IMG/VR virus record: IMGVR_UViG_3300044843_000700 | Location: 64,001 to 122,232 of that record | DNA from: a virus | Lineage: Duplodnaviria; Heunggongvirae; Uroviricota; Caudoviricetes | Reading direction: 5' to 3' (one strand) | Length of the DNA stretch: 58,232 nt | Part shown: positions 1-9,448 of the stretch, piece after piece | Layout of the letters: each line of letters opens with the position of its first letter | Position numbering within the stretch: position 1 is the first letter of the stretch | The notes under the pieces: model-generated | Databases searched by the model: none | What the model was told of the DNA's origin: nothing | The model's input: the letters and a program-made list of their open reading frames with translations, nothing else | Translations under genes and position numbers: made by a program

Positions 1-1398
1 GATAACTGGTACTTCTTCCTGGCCAACAACTACTATGACTTCCTATCTCGAGTAACATGCATTAAGCCGATTAATAAGAACGGTGCCATGATATTCTTTG
101 AGACAGAAAGTCCTGTGCAGTTCTTAGGGGTAGATCAGCTTCAGACAGATGCTGGAACAAAACTTACAATTGGTGACGGAGGTCTCTTCTCTCAACCTCT
201 TCAGAATATTCTGAATGCAGATCGTCCGTATGAGTATGGATCTTGCCAAGATCGTTTAAGCGTAATCAACACGCCGGTTGGTGTGTACTGGATTAGCCAA
301 AACCAAGGTAAGATCTTCAACATGCAAGGAGGTCTTAAAGAGATCTCTATGCAAGATCTCAAATGGTGGTTTGCTCAGTATTTACCTTATAAGCTTCTTG
401 AGCAGTTCCCTACTTTCGAGTTGAAGGAAAATCCCGTTATTGGTATCGGTTGTCAATCGATCTACGATAACGAGAATAACATAGTGTACTTCTGCAAGAG
501 AGACTTTATAGTCAGAACAGATCTTCCTCCGGGTACTACAGTAACTTATACTGGTAGAGACAACTTCCTTGTAAACGGGATGTTGCCAATAAAGCTTGGA
601 GATCCTAACTATTTTGAGGATGCATCCTGGACCGCAAGCTTTGATCCTAAAACAGGCGCATGGTTAAGCTGGCATGACTGGCATCCTAATCTTTGTTTAC
701 CAGGTAAGAATACATTCATGACGATCATGAATGATCATTCCAATCCTGCGCGTGCAAACGGTATATGGATCCATAACTTACGTTGTGATAGCTACTGTAA
801 CTACTATGATGTGGATTATCCGTTTGAGGTGGAATACATGGTGCACACCGTACAGACTGTAAACAGTCTTCGTTCCATTGAGTATATCATGGAGGTGTAT
901 CGCTATGCTCAAAATTGTCACGATCGTTTCCACGTTCTGGATTTCAACTTCGATGAGGCTGTTATCTATAACACAGAACAGTGTTCAGGATTACTGAGAC
1001 TTAATCTGACACCTAAGAACAATGCTCCTATGATTGTCCAATATCCTCAGGTAAACCCTACGTTTATCGAGATACTGTACAGCAAAGAAGAACAGAAGTA
1101 TCGCTTTAACCAGTTCTGGGATATCACAGATTCTCGCGGCGAGTTTCCGATCGGTTCTCCTTATCCACCTCCAACACCAAACGTTGGTACGTTTGCTGAA
1201 AGGATGATATGGAATACTGCAGCTAACGGTTATGTGCGCAACCTCAATCCGAATAATCTTAACTATTCTAAGGACCCTCTGCAACGTAAGAAGTTCAGGC
1301 ATTACGTAAATTTTGTACTTTTGCGTAGAAGGGTTTCTGGCGATAGAAAGATGCTGGTGATGATTGCGAATAACAAGAACCTTCTTTCCCCTAGATAA
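1..1398 (+). CDS. Tail muzzle/stabilisation-like protein, 5'-truncated by window edge
   Basis: Frame is open from base 1 (DNWYFFLANN...) into ORF 88..1398. Beta-rich, aromatic-rich sequence (GDGGLF, WTASFDPKTGAWLSWHDWHP) and its position just before the cargo/vRNAP block match crAss-like tail muzzle genes (recalled, not searched). Confidence 0.65.
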   Translation, partial: DNWYFFLANNYYDFLSRVTCIKPINKNGAMIFFETESPVQFLGVDQLQTDAGTKLTIGDGGLFSQPLQNILNADRPYEYGSCQDRLSVINTPVGVYWISQNQGKIFNMQGGLKEISMQDLKWWFAQYLPYKLLEQFPTFELKENPVIGIGCQSIYDNENNIVYFCKRDFIVRTDLPPGTTVTYTGRDNFLVNGMLPIKLGDPNYFEDASWTASFDPKTGAWLSWHDWHPNLCLPGKNTFMTIMNDHSNPARANGIWIHNLRCDSYCNYYDVDYPFEVEYMVHTVQTVNSLRSIEYIMEVYRYAQNCHDRFHVLDFNFDEAVIYNTEQCSGLLRLNLTPKNNAPMIVQYPQVNPTFIEILYSKEEQKYRFNQFWDITDSRGEFPIGSPYPPPTPNVGTFAERMIWNTAANGYVRNLNPNNLNYSKDPLQRKKFRHYVNFVLLRRRVSGDRKMLVMIANNKNLLSPR

Positions 1399-3863
1399 TG
1401 ATGAATATTGCCCACATATCAGCTCTTATTCCTACCCAGAATTTAGCGGGTAAGGATCGCAAGACTATTGATAGTCTTAAACAAGCTATCATGAGAGGTG
1501 ATTACATCGAACCTATCCAAGTAGAAAACAGCAAGAATGGTCCAGCCATTAAAGACGGGCATCACCGTTATCTTGCATACAAAGAGATGGGTATAACTGA
1601 TATTCCGGTAGAGGAGTATAAACGAGGCGGTGCACTTAAACGTCAACCTAAGGGAAAAACATCAAAGAACATACAGTCGAGTATCAACGAGATTCTCTTC
1701 AAGAGAAACGAGATGATCTTCGGCCCGTCTGGTAAGAAATATTTTAAGCCTTTCCTCGAAGGAGGAGAAAACGACAAGCCTATGAAAAAGAACATAAGTA
1801 CTAAGGAGTTAGGGTTCCCTCAGCAACCTACAGCTCAACAATTTTATGAGAGAGGTTATGTGCCAAACTCTCCAGTAGGATTTTATATGCATGGTGGTAT
1901 GAACACCAACATGATTGCTTTTCCTCAACAGCCAGATGCTGCACACTTCTTCAGCGGATTCCCATGGGATCCTAAGTTCAAACAAGGAGGAATGCCTTGC
2001 TTTGAATGTGGTGGTGCACATATGGATCAAGGTGGATCTATTTTCGGCTACGGAAATTTCCCTGCTACACAATATGGTGGCAATGTGGGAATGAACGAAG
2101 CTGATGATGACATGCTTGAAATGTACAAGAAAGGTGGAAACTGGATCCAGGCTGCTAACAAGAAGATGAAAGCTAAAGGTACTAAAGGAGCTTTCACTGA
2201 ATATTGTGGTGGTAAAGTAACTGAAGCGTGTATTCAGAGAGGGCTGAATTCACCGGATCCTACAATTCGCAAAAGAGCTGCTTTCGCTAAAGCTATGCAC
2301 AAGATTCGCAAAGCTGATGGTGGAGAGTCTCCTCAAGGGTACAATATGGACAACGTTCTTGATAGCAACAATAATGCTTTCAAGGCTTTCTTGGCTGATA
2401 ATACCATGAGTGCTTTACAGAACGAAGTAGAGCAAGAGATATTCGATATGGGTGGTAACAACTTCAACTACGCTAATCAAGACAAGTTGAACTATGCTAA
2501 CCAGATGATGGATCAAATGAACGAGCGTGGTCAGATGATCAACCAGAACTTCTGGGGACAAACTGCTAACATGCTTGGCAACATGAGAGCATTTGATGAA
2601 GGAGGTTCTAATGCTGCTCCTGCAAACACTCCTTCTTATTTGACCAAGGAAGATCTTGAGAAGTACTTCCAAGAAAAGTTTGGTCAACAACAGCAACAGT
2701 ATGGATATCCTCAAGGTTATGGATATGGTCAACCGGTTTCTTATTACCGCGGTCAAGGAATGCAAGGATACTTTCCTATGAATCCTATGGGTCCTTACTA
2801 CAAGACTAAATTCAAAGGCTGGAGTAATGTACCAACTACCTATGGTGTGCCTCAACAATACGCAGGAATGATGTCAGGTGCTCCTGCAACTTCTGGTCAG
2901 ATGACAGAAGATCAAATGAAAGAGTATCAAAAGTACTGGGCTGATCGCGGAGTAAATGCTGAGATAAGCCAGGATGTTAAACGCGGCTTACTCGGCAAAT
3001 GGCTTGGTCCAAGACGTGTTCAAACAAGCGTTAAGTTTTCTATGATGCCTGGTCAAAATCCTGGTGTTACAAGTCCCTCTCAACAACAGCAGCAAAATAT
3101 TCAACCGGTTTCTCAGAATCCGGCTCAGAATACTCAGAGCAACTTCAGCAATTACCCTACAACAACCGATCAGCAAGGTGGATACGATTTCCTACAGATA
3201 GGATCTACTCCTGTGAATAAGGAACAATTCATGCAAGGTAAGATCAACCAAGATCTTCAGATGATGAATCCTAATGTTCCTGCTGTGGTTCCAGCTCCTC
3301 AGTCTGGAATTCCTTATGCGGAGCCTAATATGATGACTGCTCCAGAAGGTTGGAACAAGTATGGAGGATTGAACATGTTTGCAAATGGTGGTACAGAACC
3401 CGGTTTAAATACAGCTGGTCCTCTTGAATGGGGATTCAATACTGTAGAAAAGCGTAAGATGGGCTTTGCTCCGGGTACTGCAGATTGGATGGTAGGAGCT
3501 GAATATGCCGGCGCTAATCTTCTTGGTAATGTTCTTGGTGCTAATCGCAGTGAGAAAAAAGCTATGGAAGAGTGGATGCGTTCAAAACAAGGCGCAGATG
3601 CTAATTACTATGCAATGCAGATGGACAAAGGTGATCATACAAAAGATGTGTATGGTACAGACACCTTAATGCCGGATCAGATCGGAGTAAAAGTAGAACC
3701 ATGGGCAATGGGTCAGTTCCAAGGAAACCGTGGTGATGCATATTACCAGGGTAAATATGGGGGAGCTTTCATGGCTCAAGGTGGAGCTACTGAAACTTAT
3801 ATGACAGACGAAGAAATCAAACAATTCATGGCCATGGGAGGTCGTGTAGAATTCCTTGACTAA
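1398..3863 (+). CDS. Virion cargo-type protein with N-terminal ParB/Srx-like domain and many [FYM]xxGG-type motifs
   Basis: N-terminal LKQAIMRGDYIEPIQV...IKDGHHRYLAY...IPV has the ParB/sulfiredoxin signature; the rest is Q/G/M/P-rich low-complexity sequence with about 17 xxGG motifs. Confidence 0.6.
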   Translation: MMNIAHISALIPTQNLAGKDRKTIDSLKQAIMRGDYIEPIQVENSKNGPAIKDGHHRYLAYKEMGITDIPVEEYKRGGALKRQPKGKTSKNIQSSINEILFKRNEMIFGPSGKKYFKPFLEGGENDKPMKKNISTKELGFPQQPTAQQFYERGYVPNSPVGFYMHGGMNTNMIAFPQQPDAAHFFSGFPWDPKFKQGGMPCFECGGAHMDQGGSIFGYGNFPATQYGGNVGMNEADDDMLEMYKKGGNWIQAANKKMKAKGTKGAFTEYCGGKVTEACIQRGLNSPDPTIRKRAAFAKAMHKIRKADGGESPQGYNMDNVLDSNNNAFKAFLADNTMSALQNEVEQEIFDMGGNNFNYANQDKLNYANQMMDQMNERGQMINQNFWGQTANMLGNMRAFDEGGSNAAPANTPSYLTKEDLEKYFQEKFGQQQQQYGYPQGYGYGQPVSYYRGQGMQGYFPMNPMGPYYKTKFKGWSNVPTTYGVPQQYAGMMSGAPATSGQMTEDQMKEYQKYWADRGVNAEISQDVKRGLLGKWLGPRRVQTSVKFSMMPGQNPGVTSPSQQQQQNIQPVSQNPAQNTQSNFSNYPTTTDQQGGYDFLQIGSTPVNKEQFMQGKINQDLQMMNPNVPAVVPAPQSGIPYAEPNMMTAPEGWNKYGGLNMFANGGTEPGLNTAGPLEWGFNTVEKRKMGFAPGTADWMVGAEYAGANLLGNVLGANRSEKKAMEEWMRSKQGADANYYAMQMDKGDHTKDVYGTDTLMPDQIGVKVEPWAMGQFQGNRGDAYYQGKYGGAFMAQGGATETYMTDEEIKQFMAMGGRVEFLD

Positions 3864-6318
3864 CATGAAGAGACGCGTAAAAATAGTAGCCATGCCTAAA
3901 GCTCAGTCTGGGCTGGAGACAAAATTGACAGCAGGATTAGGGTTTAATGCTAATCAGCTGAACTGGCCAATCCAGGCTGGAGAATTTTCTGCGCCGAATG
4001 TTTCGGTGAAAAAAGTTCTTGAGCCTACAGATTGGGACAATGCCAACTTGGAAGCAGAAAAAGGTGAGACCGTGGTAACGGATCTTAATCATGATGGTAT
4101 TCCGCAGCATTTTAAAATTGGCGGGAAGCGTCACTCTGAAGGAGGCACCCCCCTTAATCTTCCTCCTGATTCTTTCATCTTCTCTCGTGATAAAAGCATG
4201 AAGATAAAGAATGAGGACATCTTGAAGATGTTTGGTAAAAAGGAGAAACGCGGAGGATTCACTCCTGCCGATATTGCTAAACAGTACGACATAAACGAGT
4301 ACAGAAAAGTACTTGCAGATCCGGATTCTGACGATTTACAGCGTGAGACTGCTGAGATGATGATTGCTAATTACAATCTCAAGCTCGGTAAGCTTGCTCT
4401 CGCTCAAGAATCTCTGAAGGGCTTTCCTCAAGGAATTCCGCAGATTGCGATGCCCTACCTCGAAAACATGGGTATGAACCCAGAAGACTTTGTGCAAACA
4501 CAAGGTGAAAAGGATGAATCTGGTGAAGGAGATATGGCTCGTTATGGTAAGGAAGTTTTACCAAAGGCTCAACTGGGACGCCATCGCGTACGTATTATTC
4601 CGCCAGCTGGTGGATTTATGTATCCGATGAATCCAGGTTATGGTTACGGATACCCTGTAGAACAACAGCCTCAAGTTAATGTTACGCAAAGTACTACAGT
4701 TACCAAGAAACAAGAAATACCGAAAGACGCTCTAGTTATAAAGCGTAGCGATTATAAAACCGAAGAAGAGTACATTGCTGCTCGTGATAAGGCTTACAAA
4801 GAATCCCAAGGTAAACCAGTGTATACTCAGGGTTCAGATGGTAAGTATTACAGTGTAGGCACCAAACAATCTCAGATCGATGAGCAAAAGCATGTTCAGT
4901 TGATTCAAGACAGATTCTCGGATCCTGCTGTTCAACAAGCTCTTTATGACCGGACAATGGCTGCTGTAAAGGATAAGAAGAATCGCGGACGTGACATGGG
5001 CTTCTCCGAAAAAGAACTCGAGGAACTAGGACCACAGGGTCTGGCTAATCAGTTCATCGAGATGCAGACTCGTAACGTAAAGACTGGATACCTTATGGCA
5101 AATGAAGGCATCAGTTATGACTGCTTTGATAATACTACCGGTAAGAGACTAGACAAATGTAAGGACAAGGTTCCTTACACAAGTTTGGATGATATGTTTG
5201 CTAAAATTGGTGTGGGTGGACCAAAAGATAAAAAATCAGTAGGTTTTCAGCAAGCTGCCTATATTGGTTACCGAGATCTTCTTAAAGATCGCGATGCCGG
5301 TAAAATCGAGGATGAAAATCTGAAGGCTACACTTAAGCCTTTCAACATAAATTTCCAGGGAGTAAAAGATGAGGAGGGTGTTGACGTAGGTAAACAGATC
5401 TCTAAGATCGATACCTATTACACCAACACTACAACTGGTCAGATGGCCGGTATTGATCTCAATGAGATCGGGGAAAATCTTGTCCCGGAAACAGAAGAAG
5501 AGCAGAAGAAGCAGCAGGCTATAAAACACATGGGGCCTGAATATGTAGAAGAGAAAAATGCTCCTTGGTGGCTTCAAGATATTATTCGTACAGCAGGAGC
5601 CTTTGGCGATGCTATGCGTGTTAAAAAGTACATGCCTTGGCAAGCTACTCCAGCTGTTTATTTACCAGATGCAGTGCTTGCTGATCCTAATCGAGAGCTT
5701 GCAGCTAATGCTGAACAAGCAAATATCATGGCGCAAAACCTGGCAGCTTTCTCCGGACCAAAAGCTCTTTCTTCAAGAAGCTCTCAGATCCAAGGTCAGG
5801 CTGCTAAGAATGCTGCAGATATCCTTAGTCGTTATGCAAACATGAATGTTGGCACAGTTAACAATGTTGAAATGGCCAAGGCTAATATCATGAATCAAGC
5901 AGCTCAAAACCGTGCAGGTTTAGCTACCCAGCTTTATGATAAGAATGTGATCGCCAATCAACAGTTTGATAATGCGAAGAACCTTGCTCGCCAGAATCTT
6001 CGTCAAGCTTACATTGATGCTATCACAAACAAGGAGATGACCTATAACCTGAACCAGCTCTTCCCTCAGTATGCAGTGCATCCGGAATGGGGAGGCGGAA
6101 TTGAGTTTACTAAAGGTCGTCCTGTTACTCCTACTGATCCTAGCAGTCAAGAAGCTGCTCTGAACAAGTACAAAACATATCGTCATCAGCTACCTGGTGT
6201 TGACGATAATACTATCTGGAATCTGGTGAAGTCTGATATGGGACAGGGAACTGCCGGTGAAGGTAATGCTGATATGAATTACCTGAAGATGCTGATGGCT
6301 TCTCAAGGACAGATGTAA
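3856..6318 (+). CDS. Virion cargo/internal protein (crAss-like)
   Basis: 820-aa ORF; EAEKGE...GGKRHSEGG motif typical of crAss-like cargo proteins; N/Q/A-rich helical C-terminal half; located in the structural block. Confidence 0.55.
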   Translation: MTNMKRRVKIVAMPKAQSGLETKLTAGLGFNANQLNWPIQAGEFSAPNVSVKKVLEPTDWDNANLEAEKGETVVTDLNHDGIPQHFKIGGKRHSEGGTPLNLPPDSFIFSRDKSMKIKNEDILKMFGKKEKRGGFTPADIAKQYDINEYRKVLADPDSDDLQRETAEMMIANYNLKLGKLALAQESLKGFPQGIPQIAMPYLENMGMNPEDFVQTQGEKDESGEGDMARYGKEVLPKAQLGRHRVRIIPPAGGFMYPMNPGYGYGYPVEQQPQVNVTQSTTVTKKQEIPKDALVIKRSDYKTEEEYIAARDKAYKESQGKPVYTQGSDGKYYSVGTKQSQIDEQKHVQLIQDRFSDPAVQQALYDRTMAAVKDKKNRGRDMGFSEKELEELGPQGLANQFIEMQTRNVKTGYLMANEGISYDCFDNTTGKRLDKCKDKVPYTSLDDMFAKIGVGGPKDKKSVGFQQAAYIGYRDLLKDRDAGKIEDENLKATLKPFNINFQGVKDEEGVDVGKQISKIDTYYTNTTTGQMAGIDLNEIGENLVPETEEEQKKQQAIKHMGPEYVEEKNAPWWLQDIIRTAGAFGDAMRVKKYMPWQATPAVYLPDAVLADPNRELAANAEQANIMAQNLAAFSGPKALSSRSSQIQGQAAKNAADILSRYANMNVGTVNNVEMAKANIMNQAAQNRAGLATQLYDKNVIANQQFDNAKNLARQNLRQAYIDAITNKEMTYNLNQLFPQYAVHPEWGGGIEFTKGRPVTPTDPSSQEAALNKYKTYRHQLPGVDDNTIWNLVKSDMGQGTAGEGNADMNYLKMLMASQGQM

Positions 6319-6323
6319 AAAGT

Positions 6324-6349
6324 GTAAACCTCACAGGTTTACTAAACCT
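6324..6349. promoter_or_regulatory. Intergenic inverted repeat GTAAACCT-CAC-AGGTTTAC plus a further TAAACCT copy
   Basis: Perfect 8-bp inverted repeat (6324-6331 / 6335-6342) followed by a direct copy TAAACCT (6343-6349), in the longest intergenic gap (62 nt) of the structural block. Confidence 0.45.
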
Positions 6350-6380
6350 ATAAGATTTTTGTGTAATTTTAGCGCGTAAT

Positions 6381-9300
6381 ATGGCAACATACATTCAAGG
6401 AGTCACTGACTATTTACCCGTAATCCAGCCCTTCCAGCCGGACTACAATTTCCTGTCTAATGTTCTCCAGACTAAGCAAAGTCGATATGACGCAGCTCAC
6501 AAGCAATTGAGCAGTGTATATGGTACACTACTGAACTCACCGATGCTTCGTGATCAAAACATCAAGCGTCGTGAAGAATTCTTTAAAGCGATCGACCAGG
6601 ACATTCAAAGGATGTCAGGAATGGACTTATCCCTGCAGCAAAATCAAGATGCTGCCTTGAATGTGTTCAAAGGATTCTATGAGGACAAAGACATGGTGAA
6701 AGATATGCTTTGGACTAAGAACTATATGAGCGAACACTCTCGTGCAGAATCTTTCAAAGATTGTGTGGACCCGGAAAAGTGTGGAGGATCTTGGTGGGAA
6801 GGTGGAGTAAAAGCTCTTGATTATCGCGCACAAGAGTTTAAGATGGCTTCAGATAAAGAGGCCTTAAGTTTTGCTAATGCATCCTTTGTTCCAGCGCAAG
6901 ATCTCATGGGAAAAGCCATGAAAGCAGCTAAGGAATCGGGATTCTCTATAAAGTATGATGAAGTAAAAGGCGACTGGATTGTTACCACTAAGAATGGTTC
7001 TAAGATGGTTCAGCCTCTTGCAGAGTACTTCGTATCCAAATTTGGTAGTGATCCAAAGATGATGGATTACTATAAGACCAGCGCATATGTACAACGTAAG
7101 GATTGGGTGAATCAAAATCTAGCCAACTATGGTGATGAGAATGAAGCAAACCTTGCTTACGTGGCACAGATGTATTCTTCTACTCGTCCTGTAGTGGAAA
7201 GAGGTAAAGAAGAAGCTGATCAAGTAGCTGATGCAGCACGTAACGAAAGCGAGAAGATCGATCGTTACATTAAGCAAAACGGCTACATTCCTACCATGAA
7301 TTTTGCTAACCAGTGGAAGGATGTAAAGGATGAGCATGCGGTTGCAGTTCAGACCAAACAGGTATATGATGATGCCTATAACAAACTAGAAGCTCTTGGT
7401 TATAACAGAGACAACATTCGTTTCGTTGTTGACCAGATCGATGGTCTTGTAGGATTGAATATGCTTAAGGGAGCTTCTCTTAATGCTGCAAGCGCTTATG
7501 CTTCTCTTACGTCTGAGATGGAGATTAAGGCTAATCCTTATGCTTTGCAAGCAAAAGATCAAGCCTTCCAGCGTTCAATGAAACAAATGGACCAAGCATT
7601 CCAGCTTCAGATGAAGCAGATGGAATGGGAACGTGAAGATCGTGTTCGAGAAGAAGCGATGAAAAAGCTTGTTGGTGCCGGTGGAAATCTTATACCAAGT
7701 GTAGACAAGAGCGGGTGGTCCGCTACAGATGTTCAAGAAAAACTTCGCTCTCATAATGTAAACGTAGAGCAAAAGAATAAGCTTGCTGCAGAGATTGATG
7801 GTGCTAAGAAAGAAAAGGTTATCACTATTCTTACAGCAGCTCAAGAGGCTTATGCTAACGGATCTGCTAGCTATGGTGATTTAAGCTACATGCTTTTAAA
7901 AGCTTTCCGGGGAAGTAAGAGTGGAATTGATCCTGCAAAGTTCATCAAGAATGATCCTGCAGAGATGGCTAAGTTTAATAAGGCCTTAGAGGATGGTTCT
8001 ATCATGGTGAATATGTATGAGGCGCTTAATCCTTATGCAGATCCTAACTCTGCTTTAGGTGCTATCAACAAAGACTGGACTTCCGGTATTCAACCTAAGA
8101 TCAACCAGATTGACCAGAAGCTTAATGAGACTCGTCAGTTTTATGGAACGTTCGATAAGTGGCACAAGAAAGAAGTAGGCGACGTTGTTACCAATGCTAC
8201 TGTTGCCGAGCTTCGTAATAAAGGTAATGCTCTTGAGGCCGATGCTTTCCAGTTCATGTTTGATGGACTAAGTAAAGATGGATTCTATCCTAAGACTTCT
8301 TCAATAACAGATAATAGTCTTAGAGAAAGAGCTAGTCAATGGGCCCAGCAAAATCAAGACAAGTTTGAGTCAGAAATATCGATGACTGGACCTACAGGTA
8401 CCGTCAGTTACAAAGTTCCTCGTCTGAACGTAAAAGGTCAGCCGATGAGCAATGATCAGTATGAAAAAAGCAGCTACGATTTCTTTAACGCGCAGACAAA
8501 AGGTCTCCAAGATGTAGGTGTTATACAGAAAACAGCTTACCAAAAAGCATACGAGTTTGCTTTGACATCTATCACGAACAACGAAGATTCCTGGAGAACT
8601 AATTACAACATACATGGTAAAGCTTGGGATAATCCTAAGAGCCGAGAAGGTGGAAATGCTAAAGCTACAATGGCTGGAAGAGGTATTGTAGATGCTGCAG
8701 CACAGTCAACTATTACAGGAAATGTCATGATAGAGATGCTCGGAAACTACGAGAATCTTAAAGATGACGCTATTGTTGTTTATGGTAGCAATCTTGGCGC
8801 AAGTAAAGCTCTTGGAACAGATAAATCTGCTCAGGCTATATTCGAACAATGGGCTGCAGACTTCAGAAAAGGTTCTCCTTTAGACAAAAACGGACTACCT
8901 ACAGAAGACAACAGAGCTATTGCCAATTTTGAGATTGCTCGTATTGCAGGACAAGATCCTAATCTGATGGGATTCCGAATCAAGCCTGCATACTCTTGGG
9001 GTAAACAATACAGGTCTTCAGAAGGTAAATCTGATAAGCTTATCGACAACGATAAGTACACCGAAGAAGGTATTGTGGTTTACCTTCCTAAGAACAAAGT
9101 TCAAGGAAGCTTCATGAGAGGTAGTGAATACAACATGTATGACTTCATGATGGAGACAGATGGTCAACTTAAAGTAGATCGTCCAGGTGGTGGTAATGCT
9201 ACATTGACAATGATCAATGGTCAATATCACTTGACCACAGTTGTAGATGTAGTGAATCCGGATGGCACAAAATCCAAGATGAGCAATACTACAGTGCATG

Positions 9301-9440
9301 GTATGGATTTCGATTTACCAACCTTTGTTCAAACGTATCAGCAAGGTCTGGACTACCAAGCAATAGTTAATCAGCAGTCGTTATTCAACATTGCAGCACA
9401 AACAGGTACAAAAGATCCTAATCAAGTATTCAACCGTTAA
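6381..9440 (+). CDS. Virion internal/ejection-associated protein
   Basis: 1019-aa helical ORF directly before the giant proteins; N-terminus MATYIQGVTDYLPVIQPFQPDYNFL resembles crAss-like cargo proteins. Confidence 0.55.
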   Translation: MATYIQGVTDYLPVIQPFQPDYNFLSNVLQTKQSRYDAAHKQLSSVYGTLLNSPMLRDQNIKRREEFFKAIDQDIQRMSGMDLSLQQNQDAALNVFKGFYEDKDMVKDMLWTKNYMSEHSRAESFKDCVDPEKCGGSWWEGGVKALDYRAQEFKMASDKEALSFANASFVPAQDLMGKAMKAAKESGFSIKYDEVKGDWIVTTKNGSKMVQPLAEYFVSKFGSDPKMMDYYKTSAYVQRKDWVNQNLANYGDENEANLAYVAQMYSSTRPVVERGKEEADQVADAARNESEKIDRYIKQNGYIPTMNFANQWKDVKDEHAVAVQTKQVYDDAYNKLEALGYNRDNIRFVVDQIDGLVGLNMLKGASLNAASAYASLTSEMEIKANPYALQAKDQAFQRSMKQMDQAFQLQMKQMEWEREDRVREEAMKKLVGAGGNLIPSVDKSGWSATDVQEKLRSHNVNVEQKNKLAAEIDGAKKEKVITILTAAQEAYANGSASYGDLSYMLLKAFRGSKSGIDPAKFIKNDPAEMAKFNKALEDGSIMVNMYEALNPYADPNSALGAINKDWTSGIQPKINQIDQKLNETRQFYGTFDKWHKKEVGDVVTNATVAELRNKGNALEADAFQFMFDGLSKDGFYPKTSSITDNSLRERASQWAQQNQDKFESEISMTGPTGTVSYKVPRLNVKGQPMSNDQYEKSSYDFFNAQTKGLQDVGVIQKTAYQKAYEFALTSITNNEDSWRTNYNIHGKAWDNPKSREGGNAKATMAGRGIVDAAAQSTITGNVMIEMLGNYENLKDDAIVVYGSNLGASKALGTDKSAQAIFEQWAADFRKGSPLDKNGLPTEDNRAIANFEIARIAGQDPNLMGFRIKPAYSWGKQYRSSEGKSDKLIDNDKYTEEGIVVYLPKNKVQGSFMRGSEYNMYDFMMETDGQLKVDRPGGGNATLTMINGQYHLTTVVDVVNPDGTKSKMSNTTVHGMDFDLPTFVQTYQQGLDYQAIVNQQSLFNIAAQTGTKDPNQVFNR

Positions 9441-9448
9441 TAGTCGTC

